The position numbers and the translations under genes are program-made. From positions 90,582,001-90,646,000 of the forward strand of contig OZ024742.1 of assembly GCA_964016885.1 (NCBI GenBank): DNA of 64,000 bases, given 5' to 3'. Of this stretch, positions 13,586 to 27,563 are shown one piece after another. Source of the stretch: Eledone cirrhosa. Its lineage: Eukaryota. The notes below the pieces were generated by a model that was given only the letters and a program-made list of their open reading frames with translations, was not told the origin of the DNA and searched no databases. Each line of letters starts with the position of its first letter. The stretch's first letter is position 1.

Positions 13586-13690
13586 GAAAAGAGTCAGGAC
13601 CCCTACGGCTGAGCTCCGGCCGTTTCGACAGCTAGATCCGACAGCTGTCGAAACGACTGGAGCTCAGCCGTCGGGGTCCTGACTCTTTTC
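13586..13690. repeat. GC-rich ~48-bp-arm fold-back hairpin, related to 58044-58101
   Basis: GAAAAGAGTCAGGACCCC...TTTCGACAGCT pairs with AGCTGTCGAAA...GGGGTCCTGACTCTTTTC. Confidence 0.85.
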
Positions 13691-13772
13691 CTATTACCCA
13701 CTCTACTTCCCTAAGTATTGAGTACACTGGTGCGTTGTAGTCCACCTGGTATCTTACCACACTCTCTTTGTG

Positions 13773-13840
<68 letters not shown>

Positions 13841-14585
13841 CACATACACATACATACATATATACACATATATATATAAATGTATAAATACATATGTAAA
13901 TATATATGTACACACGCATATACATTTGGCTGTCTTACTATCTCTATTTCACTCTCTCCTCTTTATCACCCTCTCTCAACTATTTTCTCACTCACCCAAA
14001 TACTTCGTTATCATTCTTCTTTCCTTTCCAATATCTTTCTAATGCAAACCTTAGTTAAATTTTATATTTCTTTGGTCGAATCTTTATTACAAAAGAACCC
14101 AAATAAATAAATACATAAATATATAATGTAAACTATAACAACATCGACCAAAAGAAAAATTAATAAAAAGATACGCAAACCCTTTCCTTCCCTTCTCCAA
14201 ACGAAATGAAATACCATTGTGAGATAAATTTTTCATTGGACTAAGACAATCAGATAACCTCAAGCTATCATATCAACATTTGTTTCTCCTTTATAGAATA
14301 TGTTCATTTTTTTTTTTTTTCAATTTTGATATATTTAGTTAGGAGGATTTCTTTATAATTATGTTCTATGTTTTTATTATCTTTCTTTTGTTTTCATCTA
14401 TTTTCTTCTTTATTTTTTCAAAAATGTATTTCACTGAGCGAAAATAAATAAACCAAATCAATTTCTTACCACTAAACATCTCTAGTCTCACCTCTCCTCC
14501 TCCTTTCTCTCTCTCTTTCTTTTTCCCTTTTCTCTCCCTCCCATTTTCTCCCTCTTTCTCCCGATCTCTCTCTCTTTCTCTCTCT

Positions 14586-14675
<90 letters not shown>

Positions 14676-15179
14676 CCACACGCATATAGATATACGAATA
14701 ACACCTTTAATAAACTCACTTATCCCAGGCAATCATTGTCCACAACCCTACATCCACCGTCATTCCTGTTAACACGGGTCTCATTTATTGCAAATAGTAA
14801 AAGCATTAATTCATAAAACTTACCTAACCTAAATCGCCTTGGACAAACTAACTATAATATTAGCAACATATCTAGTATAACCAAAGCTACATCTGTCCAC
14901 AAATTTAAATATAGCTTCCTTCACAACATCAATATAAGAGAAGGCTGAAACCCACAGTTTAACTATAAAGCAGCCATAATATCAAACTATCACTTAACCA
15001 AATTCAAGCGACTTCTTCTTTATAACACCCGCCATAACATCGAACCGAATTTCAATATCCGAAATAATATCTTAATGATAACTTCAACACCAACTTTATC
15101 GACACTTTTATCATAACTTCAACCATAACATGAAACCTCACCGCTATTAACACCAAAACCACAACAATGAGCCAAGAGA

Positions 15180-15620
15180 CAATTACTGCGAATTGGCATA
15201 AAACTTAGAACAGTATTTCTGAATTAAGTGCAGGAGTTGGTGCAGTAATGCGCCAGCTTCAGCAAAGTAGCCGTAACAGCTAAACTCGCTATCTTCAATT
15301 CAGTATTCGTGCCAACCCATACCTATGATAATGAATCTTGCGTAATGACCGAAAGAATACGATCGCGAAAACAAGTGGCCGATAAAATGCGTAGCTCAGG
15401 AAGAGCCGCTACTTCTCCGATCACAGCTCCGATACTATGGACATGTGGTGAGAATATCCCAGGAAAGAATCGCTGGACAGATTTTACGGGAAAAACCAGC
15501 CGGTAGGAGACTCTGGGGGTAGATCTCAAGCTAAATGGTTGGATAACATCCATGATCTAGGCTGGCCTCGCTTGGAGATCCAACCGGATTAGTTTGAGAC
15601 GGTTGTTTCTGACAGGACCA
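15180..15620 (+). mobile_element. Degenerate RTE-clade LINE 3' ORF remnant
   Basis: Fragments read TYDNESCVMTERIRSR, then frameshifted LRYYGHV and KP.GRR..GR...W.DNI. Confidence 0.6.
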
Positions 15621-16319
15621 TAACCAAGAGCATAATCCAGAACACTAACTTCCATCACAGACACGAATGGAAAAATTAGTTGAATGCTCTATCTGCTAAA
15701 AGTAGTACCTCAGTTCTTCTCAAAACACACATCAGTCTTTGAAAAATGAGGAAAGATTGTGCAATGTAGTTTTAGATTTACAAAAGGACTGGATGATGAC
15801 AGCTGGCATGCCATTGACCATAAGTCTGATCAATCCTCGCCCACCTAGGGATACATACCAATGTAACCATATTCAAACCAGCAACTTATCACAACTATCT
15901 TATGCGCAATTATTATTTCGACAGCAACTTGAGCCACAAAAAACAAAAGTAAAATAATAAGCCCTACGTTTACATAAATCCTCAATAAATTCCTAAATAT
16001 GAGGTTTTGTCTGAAAAGTTCATATTCTGACCAAGATATTCTAATGGAATGAACAAATGAGGCTTACACAAACATGTATACATACACATGCACGCGTACC
16101 CCCTCCCCCTCTTCACACATGTGCATACTAGTGCACAAGTGCCCAAGGCCACATATGAACACATACACGCACACACACACGCGCGCGCGTATACGCCTTG
16201 TTAATTGGTGCAGGAGAGGTAAACTATTTTGATAGTATTTTTATCCGAAACGTTTCATTATTTGGTTTCCAAAAAACTTAGGATGGTTCCCCGGTGGTCT
16301 TAGATCATGTTATCCGTTG

Positions 16320-16990
16320 TCAGGATGTTTGGTGACAAAAACCGGAGAATATATTTTGTTCTATGCAAGCATGACTTACATATTTCATTTCTCGAGTAAA
16401 GGCATGAATTTGGATCCAGTACATTTTTCCATATCACTCGGTGTTGCATGGTACACAACTCTTAGAACCATTGACATAGGGTTTACATTTTTCTCGTACC
16501 TTCCATCTGGTGTTGTAATCAATAGAGACCTCTTTCAGCTTCCATATATGGCTGGAGATCCTGGTGATGTACTTTTTATCATATTTTCAAAATGGCGTCC
16601 CATGGTTGTTGCAGCGTTCTTTAAACTGTCGTTCCGTTAGTGGTGTGGTCTAGGTTTGAGTATTTCACTGTTACCTCGTACTATAGCCTCTGTCTTCCAT
16701 GCCCCTACAGGGCATAAATATCTGATCCTACATGACCATCTGGCTAGGTTGGGTTGTGATGGCTTACTGGTTATAATTGATTTAATGTTAAGCATTGAGC
16801 TAAAACTGACTTTAAGGTTGTGCCTGTTGAATAGTTCCCTGTAACGGTGGCTTGGTGGAAAGTGTTTATCTACTAGAGCTAGGAATGTTCTGCCGATGTT
16901 TGTCTTGATGTTCAGAGAGAAGAGAGGCATGAATCATATTGTTCTTCGGGCTTTGTTGTTTTTTTATTATTATTATTTTCTTCTTTTTTT
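16320..16990 (-). mobile_element. Penelope-like element remnant (RT thumb-linker to GIY-YIG)
   Basis: PLFSLNIKTNIGRTFLALVDKHFPPSHRYRELFNRHNLKVSFSSMLNIKSII is a typical Penelope linker. Confidence 0.8.
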
Positions 16991-17527
16991 TGCCTTTTCT
17001 GGTTTAGTTAATTATCTCCTTGAATCTGCTTGCTTCTAGGTCTGTGTTGTGGGTGGGATCTCAAACGGATGCCTAATCATAGATAAAACTTCTCGCCATG
17101 TCTAGAGAGAGGCGAATTTTAACTGGCCATGCGCCCGTGTTCGACTAGAACTGCTGAAGAATTTTTTATATTGATATAGCTCGTTGAACCTCCGTCGTTT
17201 CTGAAGGTGAGTAATTAAGTTGTTTGACCAAAGAAAGAGGCTGTTCTGGAAATTAAAGTGCAAGTGACTGAGCATTCCACAGACACATGTACCCATAACG
17301 TAATTTTCGGGTGAATTCAGCGTGATATAGTGTGTGGCAAGGCTGACCCTTTAAATCACAGGTACCTTTTTCTAACCAGCGCAAACAAAAAACAAAATAT
17401 AACGTCTTGATCAGGGATGCAGCGCGCCGCCGGGAATCGAACTGAATATCGTACAACCTAGAGTGACACACACTAGCCTTCATGACACGCACCTCTATAT
17501 TTCTCCCTCACACTCTCTGTCGTCACA

Positions 17528-17633
<106 letters not shown>

Positions 17634-18579
17634 TTATATCCATCCATCATCCCTCCAGCCATATATACATACATATATACAAACATACATACGTACGCAC
17701 ATAATACATACATACGTACATTCATACATACATACATACATACATACATACATACATACATACATACATACATACATACATACATACATACATACGAAAG
17801 GTGTATCAATAATACTCTGTCAGTATAGGGCAGAGGAAGGTGATGAGCAATCTGCCCTGTGTCCATTATATATTGTGTTATATTCGTGGATGAACAGAGA
17901 GAAACAAGAACTGAAAAATAACAGAATCAAAATAAAACGTATACAAGTTAAATTACAAAATGAATGATCGAAACCTTGGATGTCTGTGCATCTGAATGTA
18001 TAAACATGCATGTGGTTCATTGCACGTTTAAGGGCGCTTGCATAATTAGATGTATACGAGCATTTGAATGAGTGTTTATGTGCAAGTATATGTATATATA
18101 TTAATGTGTGCGCCTGAGATAATGTGGGTTTCTATATGTGCTTGTGTGTATGTTTGTATGTATGTTTTGTGAGTTTCTATGTAAATCTTTCTTTCATTTT
18201 TCCCTCCCCAAAGAATTAAATGATTTTCCTTTTTGGCCCTTCCTACACTATTAAGATTGTTTTCATTTTTTAAAAATATTTTTATGGCATTAAATCATTT
18301 TTTTTTATGCTGTTGCTGTTGTTGTTGTTGATAACGATGTTGTCTTTGTCGTTATCATTGTTATTGTTGATTTTGTATAATTATCCATTAACGCCATCTT
18401 TTTTTAACTTCCTTTATGTTCAAGTTTTTGTTTATATTGTTGATATACAACAGCCACATTATTATTTGCCATTGTGCACTTTTACTCGACCTTATTGTAA
18501 ACCCTCACTGTCCCTGTCTTTGTATTGTCCCCTACATGTCGGCCCTTGTGGCCAATAAATAAAATTATTATTATTATTA

Positions 18580-21250
18580 TTGTTGTTATTACACTTTGAG
18601 TCTCAGTCATTGATGTTAGTTAACTGGAAAGTTTGTTGAAATGAATATCAAGCCACTACCTGCAGCCTCAGATATTCAGGACGTATCGGAGGGTTATTGC
18701 TGTTCCCAGCAAGCATGCCATTTGAAGCGTTCCAAAAAGCGTGGCGAGGCCAATTTTCTTTAACCATCCCTGGAAACTTTTTGAGATAGTCCCTAGTGCG
18801 CCTATGGCAATCGGGATCACTTTGACTTCATGGCAGTTGCAAATCATTTTTACCTCCCACTTTAAGTCCTGGTATCGGTTAATTTTCTCCCTTTCCTTCT
18901 CTTGCACTCTCGTGTCGAATGGGCAGGCCACATCCACAATCAGGCACGATCTTTTTTCTTTGTCCACAACCACCAGGTCAGGTCTATTGTGTTCCAGTTT
19001 CTTGTCCGTCTGTATCCTAAAATCCCACAGCACCTTCACCTGATCGTTTTCTATCACCGCCTCTGGCTTATGCTCATACCACTTCTCAGAATGTGGTAAA
19101 TTGTTTACTTTGCATAGGTGCCAGTGGATCACCCTGCCCATCACATAATGTCTCCAGCCCTTTTAGTGAGTCTGGGCTAGGTGTTTACACTCGGATACAA
19201 TGTGAGCCACAGTCTCCTCTCTCTCTCCACAGATCCTGCACAGTGGGCTAGCCTCCTCCTTGTAAATATGGTGTTTCAACCACTTCGTTTTGAGGGCCTG
19301 CTCCTGCGCAGCCATTAACATTCCTTCTGTAGCCTTTTTAAGGTCTCCTCTTTTCAACCAGTTCCATGTCTGTGGATCTCTAAATTCAGTTTTCTCAAAG
19401 AAGGTACTATGAAGGGATTTTTCCTGAAGGCTGCTCTTTCTCCTTGATGTTATTGATTGGCAGTATCGGTAGAGGGTCGGACGCCATGCTTTCCAGCATA
19501 GTTACGTCCCTTTACGATCTGTGTTCAAATCCCGCCGAGGTTGACTTTGCCTTTCATCATTACGGGGTCGATAAAATAAAGTACCAGTAATGCACTGGGT
19601 AATTGCTGGCCTTGTGCCTAAAGTAGAAACAGTTATTTCCTCCTTGGATATCCCCTGGCCTATTGTCCCCTCCTTCAGTACAGTCCTGAGCATTGGCTCC
19701 TTACTATCAGTCACGTATTTGTGTAGGTTGTTTTTCTCCATCAGAACACAGTCATCTATGCTGATAAGACCTCTTCCACCTTCAGATCTCCTTAAGTAGA
19801 GTCTATCGACATCACTCCTCTTGTGGAACATGTTGTAGATAGTCAATAGCTTCCTAGTCTTTCTATCCATTTCTTTTTGTTCAGCAACATTCCATCTCAG
19901 AATTCCCGCACTGTACCTAATAATAGACACAGCTCGGGAATTTACTGCACTTATGGCATTCCTACTGTTCAGATGTGACTTTAATACGCTCCTTATTCTC
20001 CGAATGTATTCAGTTCTTATCAATTCCTTTATTTTTTTTTTGTTCTTGATGTCATCAGCCTCCAGAACGCCCAAATACTTGTATCCTTCTTCAGAGTCAA
20101 TTTCCTTTATCATCTCACCTGTTGGTACCTGGATTCCGTTACTTCTGCTCAACTTACCCCTCTTCATCACAATGACTCCACACTTACTAATACCAAATTG
20201 CATACATATATCATTGCTGAAAATACGGACAGTGTCAACAAGCACACCCAACTCCTTCTCACTCTTCCCGAAGAGCTTAAGATCGTCCATGAAGAGGAGG
20301 TGATTGATGGTAAGCCCTCCCTTTTCCAACCTGTATCCTGCTCTCACTTTTCGCAGTACACTCGTCAGGGGCATCAGGGCAAGGACAAATAACAGAGGGG
20401 GCAGACTATCTCCCTGGAAGATACCTCTCTTGATCTTCACGCTTCCCAAGGATTCTCCAGTTGATGTTAACTCTGTTTCCCAGGACTTCATACTTTTGCC
20501 CAACAACTGTCTGATGTTATCTGCCACCTTGAAGATCTCCAGGCTTTTGGTGATCCAAGAATGAGGCACCGTGTCAAATGCCTTTTTGTAGTCTATCCAT
20601 CCCATGGCAAGACCAGTGTATCAATAAGTAACTGGTCCTTTGTACCACGTGACTTCTTTCGGCATCCTTTCTGTTCGTCCGGTAACAAGTTGTTTGTGTG
20701 GAGGTAATGGTAGATTTCCTCAGACATAATGCTTGTCAACAGTTTCCACATTACGGACAGACATGTGATAGGTCTATAGTTGGTAACATCATTACCCTTG
20801 ATTCGGTCTTTCATTATCAGAACTGTGGTACCTTTTGTCAACCACTCTGGTACCTCACCTGACATCAAGCAGTCATTGAACATGGTTGTCAGTTTCAGGT
20901 GGAGGGATGTAATATTTTTAATCCAATACCCCTGCACACCACCTGGGCCTGGTGATTTCCAATTGGTTAGTTTTTTGGCCTGCCCCTTAAGAGTTTCAAC
21001 TGTGATACTCAAATCAGTTTGTTGGTGTGCCTGTTCACTAATCTCCTTCTGTACTGTCTCAATCCACACTGCCTGGTCATTATGTTTAACATCCTGCTCC
21101 CATATTCCTCTCCAGAATGTTTTAGTTTGTTCCGCCTCAGGGATCAAGTCGTTGCCTCTTTCTTTCCCTTCAAGCTGTCCAAACAGCATCTTCTGGTTGT
21201 TGTGGAACATGCGGTTCTGTCTATACTGACTGACTCTGTTCTCGTTTATT
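18580..21250 (-). mobile_element. 5'-truncated R4/Dong-clade LINE, family A (RT, CCHC zinc finger, restriction-like endonuclease), frameshifted
   Basis: Motifs YRPITCL, WIDYKKAFD, GIFQGDSL, LFMDDLK, CRICGEREETVAHIVSEC and NRPDLVVVD...DVACP...EK..RYQDL. The 3' end abuts a (TAA)n tract. Confidence 0.88.
19458..19633 (+). mobile_element. Full-length SINE inserted in the Dong-A ORF
   Basis: Same SINE family as 3550. It interrupts the RT-to-zinc-finger linker. Confidence 0.85.
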
Positions 21251-21255
21251 ATTAT

Positions 21256-22098
21256 CCCAGATTTTGCCCGCCTGCAGGACGGGACAACAATCCAACTAAT
21301 GATTGACGGAAGAAGGCCACGCTGCTTCGTTTGCGGGGAAGCCACGCATCTTCAAGCCTTCTGCCCTCAGCGCAAAAATGCAGGGGGTCGCAAACCTCCT
21401 TTGTTGCCAACGCCAGTGTCAGCACGGAAAGCTGCACCACCACCACCACCAAAAACAACATCAACAAAAACACGGATACCAACATCAAAAGCAGCCGGAT
21501 CACCACCAACACCAAAACCAATCCAAGGAGAAAACGAGGAAAGCTCTCCCACTCCCCCTACCCCCCCCCCCCAACTATATACATAGACAAAAAAAAAATA
21601 AACGCACACACAGACACAGAGACACTCACAGACACAGACCCTTTATCTTCCAGCAGCGAAGATGAAGGAAAACCCCAAAGTGCAAAATAACAGAGAACTC
21701 ACAAAAAAAAAAGCCCCAACAAAACACAAAAACACACACAACAAAAAATACAGACACCACTAACGCAGACACTTCCCCAATAACATCAGCACCATCAGCA
21801 ACATCGACACCACCTCCACAATCCCCGAAACGCAAACAACCTAAACAAACACAAGTACAAATAAACACACAAATACCTGAAATTGCATACACCACACCTA
21901 CAACAAACATAGGGTCGTCCACCCCCTATCGGGGAATTTATTTTGTTATATTTTGCATAGTTTATTTTATATTTTTATATTTTCATTATTAAATTAGTCT
22001 TGCCATTGTGCACTTTTACTCGACCTGTTTGTAAACCCCCACTGTCCCTGTCTTTGTATTGTCCCCTACATGTCGGCCCTTGTGGCTAATAAATGAAA

Positions 22099-22100
<2 letters not shown>
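21256..22100 (+). mobile_element. Internally deleted Tx1-like element (ORF1 fragment fused to 3' UTR)
   Basis: IDGRRPRCFVCGEATHLQAFCPQ is homologous to the ORF1 knuckle at ~26580. The 3' UTR CCCCCTATCGGGG...GTGGCTAATAAA is followed by (ATT)n. Confidence 0.8.
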
Positions 22101-22129
<29 letters not shown>

Positions 22130-22132
<3 letters not shown>

Positions 22133-24322
22133 AGTTGCATTTATCTTGCTTTATGTTCATACGAGTTATCACCAAGTCACAACCAGTGACCTCAAGAGAC
22201 AACAAGGTCCGCCATGTTCAAGAAAGAACATACATACTCACACATGCATCTTTAGTGTTTAGACTTGTGATGTACTTATATTGACAGAATCTTCCTTAGT
22301 ATATGGGCAGTTCCCATTAGTACTATCTTTTGTATTTCTCCTATACGCGGGTTTCCTGGGATTTGCGATAAGTAATCATTAGACCCCTTAGGTATCATTC
22401 CCAGAGCGCCTACAACTACTGGTATTGTTTTAGTTCTCAATTTCCACATTTTTCCAATTTCTATCTCCAGGTCCTTATATTTGCTCAATTTTTCAAATGT
22501 TTTTATAGATACATTCTTGTCTATTGGAACGGACATATCAATTAGCAGGCATACCCTCTTTTTAAAGTCCTTCAATATTATATCAGGTCTATTTGCATCT
22601 ATTTTTCGGTCTGTTTGGATGCTAAAGTTCCACAAAATTGAGATGTGATCTTTTTCAAGTATGGGAGGTGGTTGATGCTCCCACCAATTCTTTTGATGGG
22701 GCAGGTCAAAATGCTTACATATTATCCAATGTATGTATTGTGCAGCTCTGTCATGCCTGTTTAGGTATTCGGTTGGAGCTATAGGACTGCACATTGAAAT
22801 TATATGGTCAATGGTCTCTGGTTGTTTTTTGCATACACAGCATAATGGGCTGCATCCATTTTTTATTATGTTGGCTTGGTAATTTTTTGTTGGCAGACAC
22901 TGATCTTGTGCTGATATAATCAGTCCTTCAGTCTCCGATTTCAGTCCAGAGGATGCCAACCACTGATGGGTTAAACTTTTGTCAACATCAGGATTGTTAG
23001 CTCGTTCTGGGTATTTTCCATACAGAGACTTTTCTTGCCATTTCTTAGCCAGTTTCTGTAGCAGTTCTTTCTTTGCAGTTACTTTTACCTGCTTTGCTTT
23101 TTCTGTGTTTTCCATTTCAGCAGTAAATGGAACTTCTGAAATTTGTAGTCCATTACTGTATCTTTGTGCATCTTTTGTAATGGAATATGATCTTTTGATG
23201 CTTTCGTGTTTACAAACGTGTATGATCATCCAATCATGTGATTCCCTTAGATATGTAGATAATCTAATTGTTGCAGTTTTTGAACGCAATGTCTAACTGG
23301 ATTAACCCACGTCCTCCTTCTTTCCTAGGGAGATATATTCTATTTGTATCTGCCTTAGGGTGATGCATTCTGTGCATGGTTAAGAATTTTCTAATTTTTG
23401 TATCGAGCCTACGGATCTCTGTGCTTGACCAGTTGATGACATTGTAACTGTAGGTTACTACTGGTATGGCAAGCGTGTTTATGGCATCGATCCTATTCCT
23501 TGCATTCAATTCCGTTCTTAAGATTGCTCTTACTCTGCGGTAACATTCCTTCCTTATCCTTTCCTTCATTGTCGAGTGCTTGATTCCGTCTCCTTCACAA
23601 ACACTTAGATATTTGTAAGTTTTTTCTTGATCAAGTTCTCTTATCACGTTCCCCCGATCAAGATTAATGTCTGAACTCTTCAGCAGCTTTCCTCTGGTGA
23701 ACGTTGCTTTGGCGCATTTATCTAGTCCAAACTCCATTTTAATGTCATCACTGAACTGCTCCACAGTGGATAATAGCCCTTGCAATTGTTCATCATTTTT
23801 TTGCAAATAGTTTCAGGTCATCCATGTAGAACAAGTGATTAATGGTCTTGTCATAGACTTTATATCCATGTTTTATTTCATTGAGCATTTTATTTAATGG
23901 TATAAGTGCGATGCAGAATAAAAGCGGTGATAAAGAGTCACCCTGAAAAATTCCACAATTAATATTAACTTCTCTAGCTTCCAGTGATTTTGTTTCACTA
24001 TTCAAAAGGAGTGTCGTTTTCCATGTCTTCATACTGAATGACAAAAACCTCCTGACAATGGGAGATATTTTGAAAATCTCTAAACATTTTTCAATCCAAC
24101 TGTGTGGCAAACTATCGAATGCTTTTTTATAATCTATCCAAGCAATTGATAGATTTTTGTGTCTATTATGACAATCTTCCAGTATCATTTTGTTAACCAA
24201 AAGCTGATCCTTACAGCCATATGAGCCTCGTTTACACCCTTTCTGCTCAATGGGAAATAGGTCATTTGTTATCAGGTGGTCATATGTGTATTCAGTTAGG
24301 ACTGATGTTAAAATTGTATACC
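22130..24322 (-). mobile_element. 5'-truncated R4/Dong-clade LINE, family B
   Basis: Motifs EQKGC, WIDYKKAFD, GIFQGDSLSP, FYMDDLK, a CCHC remnant and NRPDIIL...DMSVP...EKLSKYKDL. Flanked by (TAA)n. Confidence 0.88.
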
Positions 24323-24334
24323 TTATTATAATTA

Positions 24335-24375
<41 letters not shown>

Positions 24376-24377
<2 letters not shown>

Positions 24378-25275
24378 AGTTGCATTTATCTTGCTTTATG
24401 TTCATACGAGTTATCACCAAGTCACAACCAGTGACCTCAAGAGAAAACAAGGTCCGCCATGTTCAAGAAAGAACATACATACTTACACATGCATCTTTAG
24501 TGTTTAGACTCGTGATGTACTTATATTGACAGAATCTTCCTTAGTATATGGGCAGTTCCCATTAGTACTATCTTTTGTATTTCTCCTATACGCGGGTTTC
24601 CTGGGATTTGCGATAAGTAATCATTAGACCCCTTAGGTATCATTCCCAGAGCGCCCACAACCACTGGTATTGTTTTAGTTCTCAATTTCCACATTTTTCC
24701 AATTTCTATCTCCAGATCCTTATACTTGCTCAATTTTTCAAATGTTTTTATAGATACATTCTTTTCTATTGGAACGGACATATCAATTAGCAGGCATACC
24801 CTCTTTTTAAAGTCCTTCAATATTATATCAGGTCTATTTGCATCTACTTTTCGGTCTGTTTTGGATGCTAAAGTTCCACAAAATTGAGATGTGATATTTT
24901 TCAAGTATAGGAGGAGGTTGATGCTCCCACCAATTCTTTTGATGGGGCAGGTCAAAATGCTTACACATTATCCAATGTATGTATTGTGCAGCTCTGTCAT
25001 GACTGTTTAGGTATTCGGTTGGAGCTATAGGACTGTACATTGAAATTATATGGTCAATGGTCTCTAGTTGTTTTTTGCACACACGGCATAATGGGCTGCA
25101 TCAATTTTTTATTATGTTGGCTTGGTAATTTTTTGTTGGCAGACACTGATCTTGTGCTGATATAATCAGTCCTTCGGTCTCCGATTTCAGTCCAGAGGAT
25201 GCCAACCACTGATGGGTTAAAGTTTTGTCAACATCAGGATTGTTAGCTCGTTCTGGGTATTTTCCATACAGAGGC

Positions 25276-25276
<1 letters not shown>
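24376..25276 (-). mobile_element. Dong family B 3' fragment (second copy)
   Basis: Near-identical to 22130-23030. Flanked by (TAA)n. Confidence 0.88.
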
Positions 25277-25337
<61 letters not shown>

Positions 25338-25546
25338 GGCGACCTACGTAGTAAATCGTATCATCGTGAGCTCCGCAAAGGTTTGTTATTTCCGTTTGTT
25401 AAAAATTGCCATTTATGGAAAATTTTTATTGTTAACCATGTATAAGCGCACATACATTGTTTTACGAAAAGGACACCCAAAAAGATTGGGGCCTTGTGCC
25501 CAAAATTTAAACTTTTATGATTATCAAAAAATTTCTTTGAAAAAAA

Positions 25547-27529
25547 ATGGCTAATTCACCTCTGCACCAAGCAGCTGAAAGCCTTTCTCACAAATTAACA
25601 CCTCACACCGACACCACCATTGTAAATGTTACTACGTTTGCCAACACTACAAAAAATATAAGCAGTAGCAATATTTTAAATTTGTCTCAGGCAGACATTC
25701 ATTTCCCGCCATTACCAATGACTGCAGGTGTTAAAGCCCCCACCACCACCACCACCGCGACAACCACCACCCCCACCACCACCGCGACAACAGAAACAAA
25801 AGAAGAAAAAAATAAATTAACTCCTGATGTCGAAATGAAATCAATCAAAATGGACTCTTCCCCACCAAAGACGACTGACGTCACCACCACCACAACTTAA
25901 ACTAAAATTAATATTAACACAAATAACGATAGCAACAACAACAACAATGACATTATAAAAACCACCCTCAGTTTTGCCAGAGTAGCAAAACAGTTCGAAG
26001 CATTTACGGTAACTCAGGAGGATTTAGAAAATGCCAAACAAATGGTAAAGAAAGATGGGTAAAGGGTCAGCCTCACCCCCCCACCTAATAAAATGGAGCA
26101 TCGGCGCCTATGCACCGTGTCGTATCGAACAATAAATGTAAAATCGCGCGGAGTGAAACGGGCATCCGAGTCCCAAATCCAAAAAGCTTTGGGACATGTG
26201 TGGGCAAGAAAAACCCACATCAGACGTGGGCAGAAGTATGGAACCGTGGACGTGTTCTTTGAAACACCAGAGGAGGCTAGAGAACAGTCCATGGCCCCAT
26301 TAAGAAGTGACGACTTCACACTCGTCCCAAGCTATTGTGGCCAGAGTCTCGTAAAGATCAGGGTGACCCACGTTCCACCGGCCATCGAAATTCCCTGGCT
26401 AATAGCAGCCGTCCTCGCCGGCATCGAAGCCAACACAAAAATAATAGCAATAGCAAAAGAAAAGCAGGAGAACTGGTCCGGATCTGGGATGGAGCTCCTG
26501 ATCCAAGCGGACCAAAATAGCATTGAGGAGATCCCAGAGGTAATAGACCTCACTGACGGCAGCTACCTCACGGTAATTGTCGAGGGCAGAAGACCTAGGT
26601 GTGTCGTTTGTGGTGAAGGAACCCACCTAAGGGGTTTCTGCCCTCAGGCTAAAAGGTTGAGGCCACCTCTCCTACCCACCCCAGTGACACAACCATCAAC
26701 ACCACCAGTAACAGAGATGGCAGCAACAACTGTAGCAGCAACAACAGAAGCAACTATAACAGCAACAACCCCAGCAACAGTAGCAAAACCAACACCACCA
26801 CCACCACCAGCAAAACCAACACCACCACCACCCAACACTTCAGAACTAGCACCAGCGCCTACACCATCCACCACGCCACAAGCAAAACTAACGCCTGTGG
26901 AGGATTTTCCACTCCCCGGCCTATCACAACTGGAGACAGATTGTGACGACGAGGAGTGGGAAACGATATCCGGAAAAAAAAAAGAAACCAAAAAATGAAA
27001 AAATTCTCTTCCTTCCCCCTCCAAAAACAAAATACAGAGGGAAACAAATAAATTAAGAAACAAAAAAGTTAGGACAGATATGCCACCATCCACACCAGCA
27101 TCACCAACCCCATCAACCCAAACACCAACACCATCACCATCATTAACCCCAACACCACCATCACCTACACCACAAAAGTCACCAAAATGCGAAACAGAAA
27201 CAAACCCACAACAAACGCAAACAAAACAAAACAACCAAAACGATACACACTACACAGCATTAAATTTGAACAACAAGCAATTATTACACTACATCCAACA
27301 CAACACCAGCATCACAGAAAAAGACTACACAACAAACCCAAAATTCACACCACCTCCACACATACAAATCACTCGCATCACACAGAAAACGTACATGACA
27401 CTAAAACAAAAATTCCCCAAAGACATCGGAGACTTCCGACAAGCACTCTCCAGGAGGATTTATCCGGAGGAGGCCACAAGCAGTGAAAAGGATGGAGAAA
27501 CCATCCTTCCTCTACGAGAAGTAAGGTAA
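25547..27529 (+). pseudogene. Tx1 ORF1 (gag-like, Pro/Thr-rich), disrupted
   Basis: Pieces at 25547-25900, 26093-26998 (CVVCGEGTHLRGFC) and 27080-27529. Confidence 0.75.
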
Positions 27530-27563
27530 GTGGTCTTTCCCATCATTTCCACTCCATTTCAAT

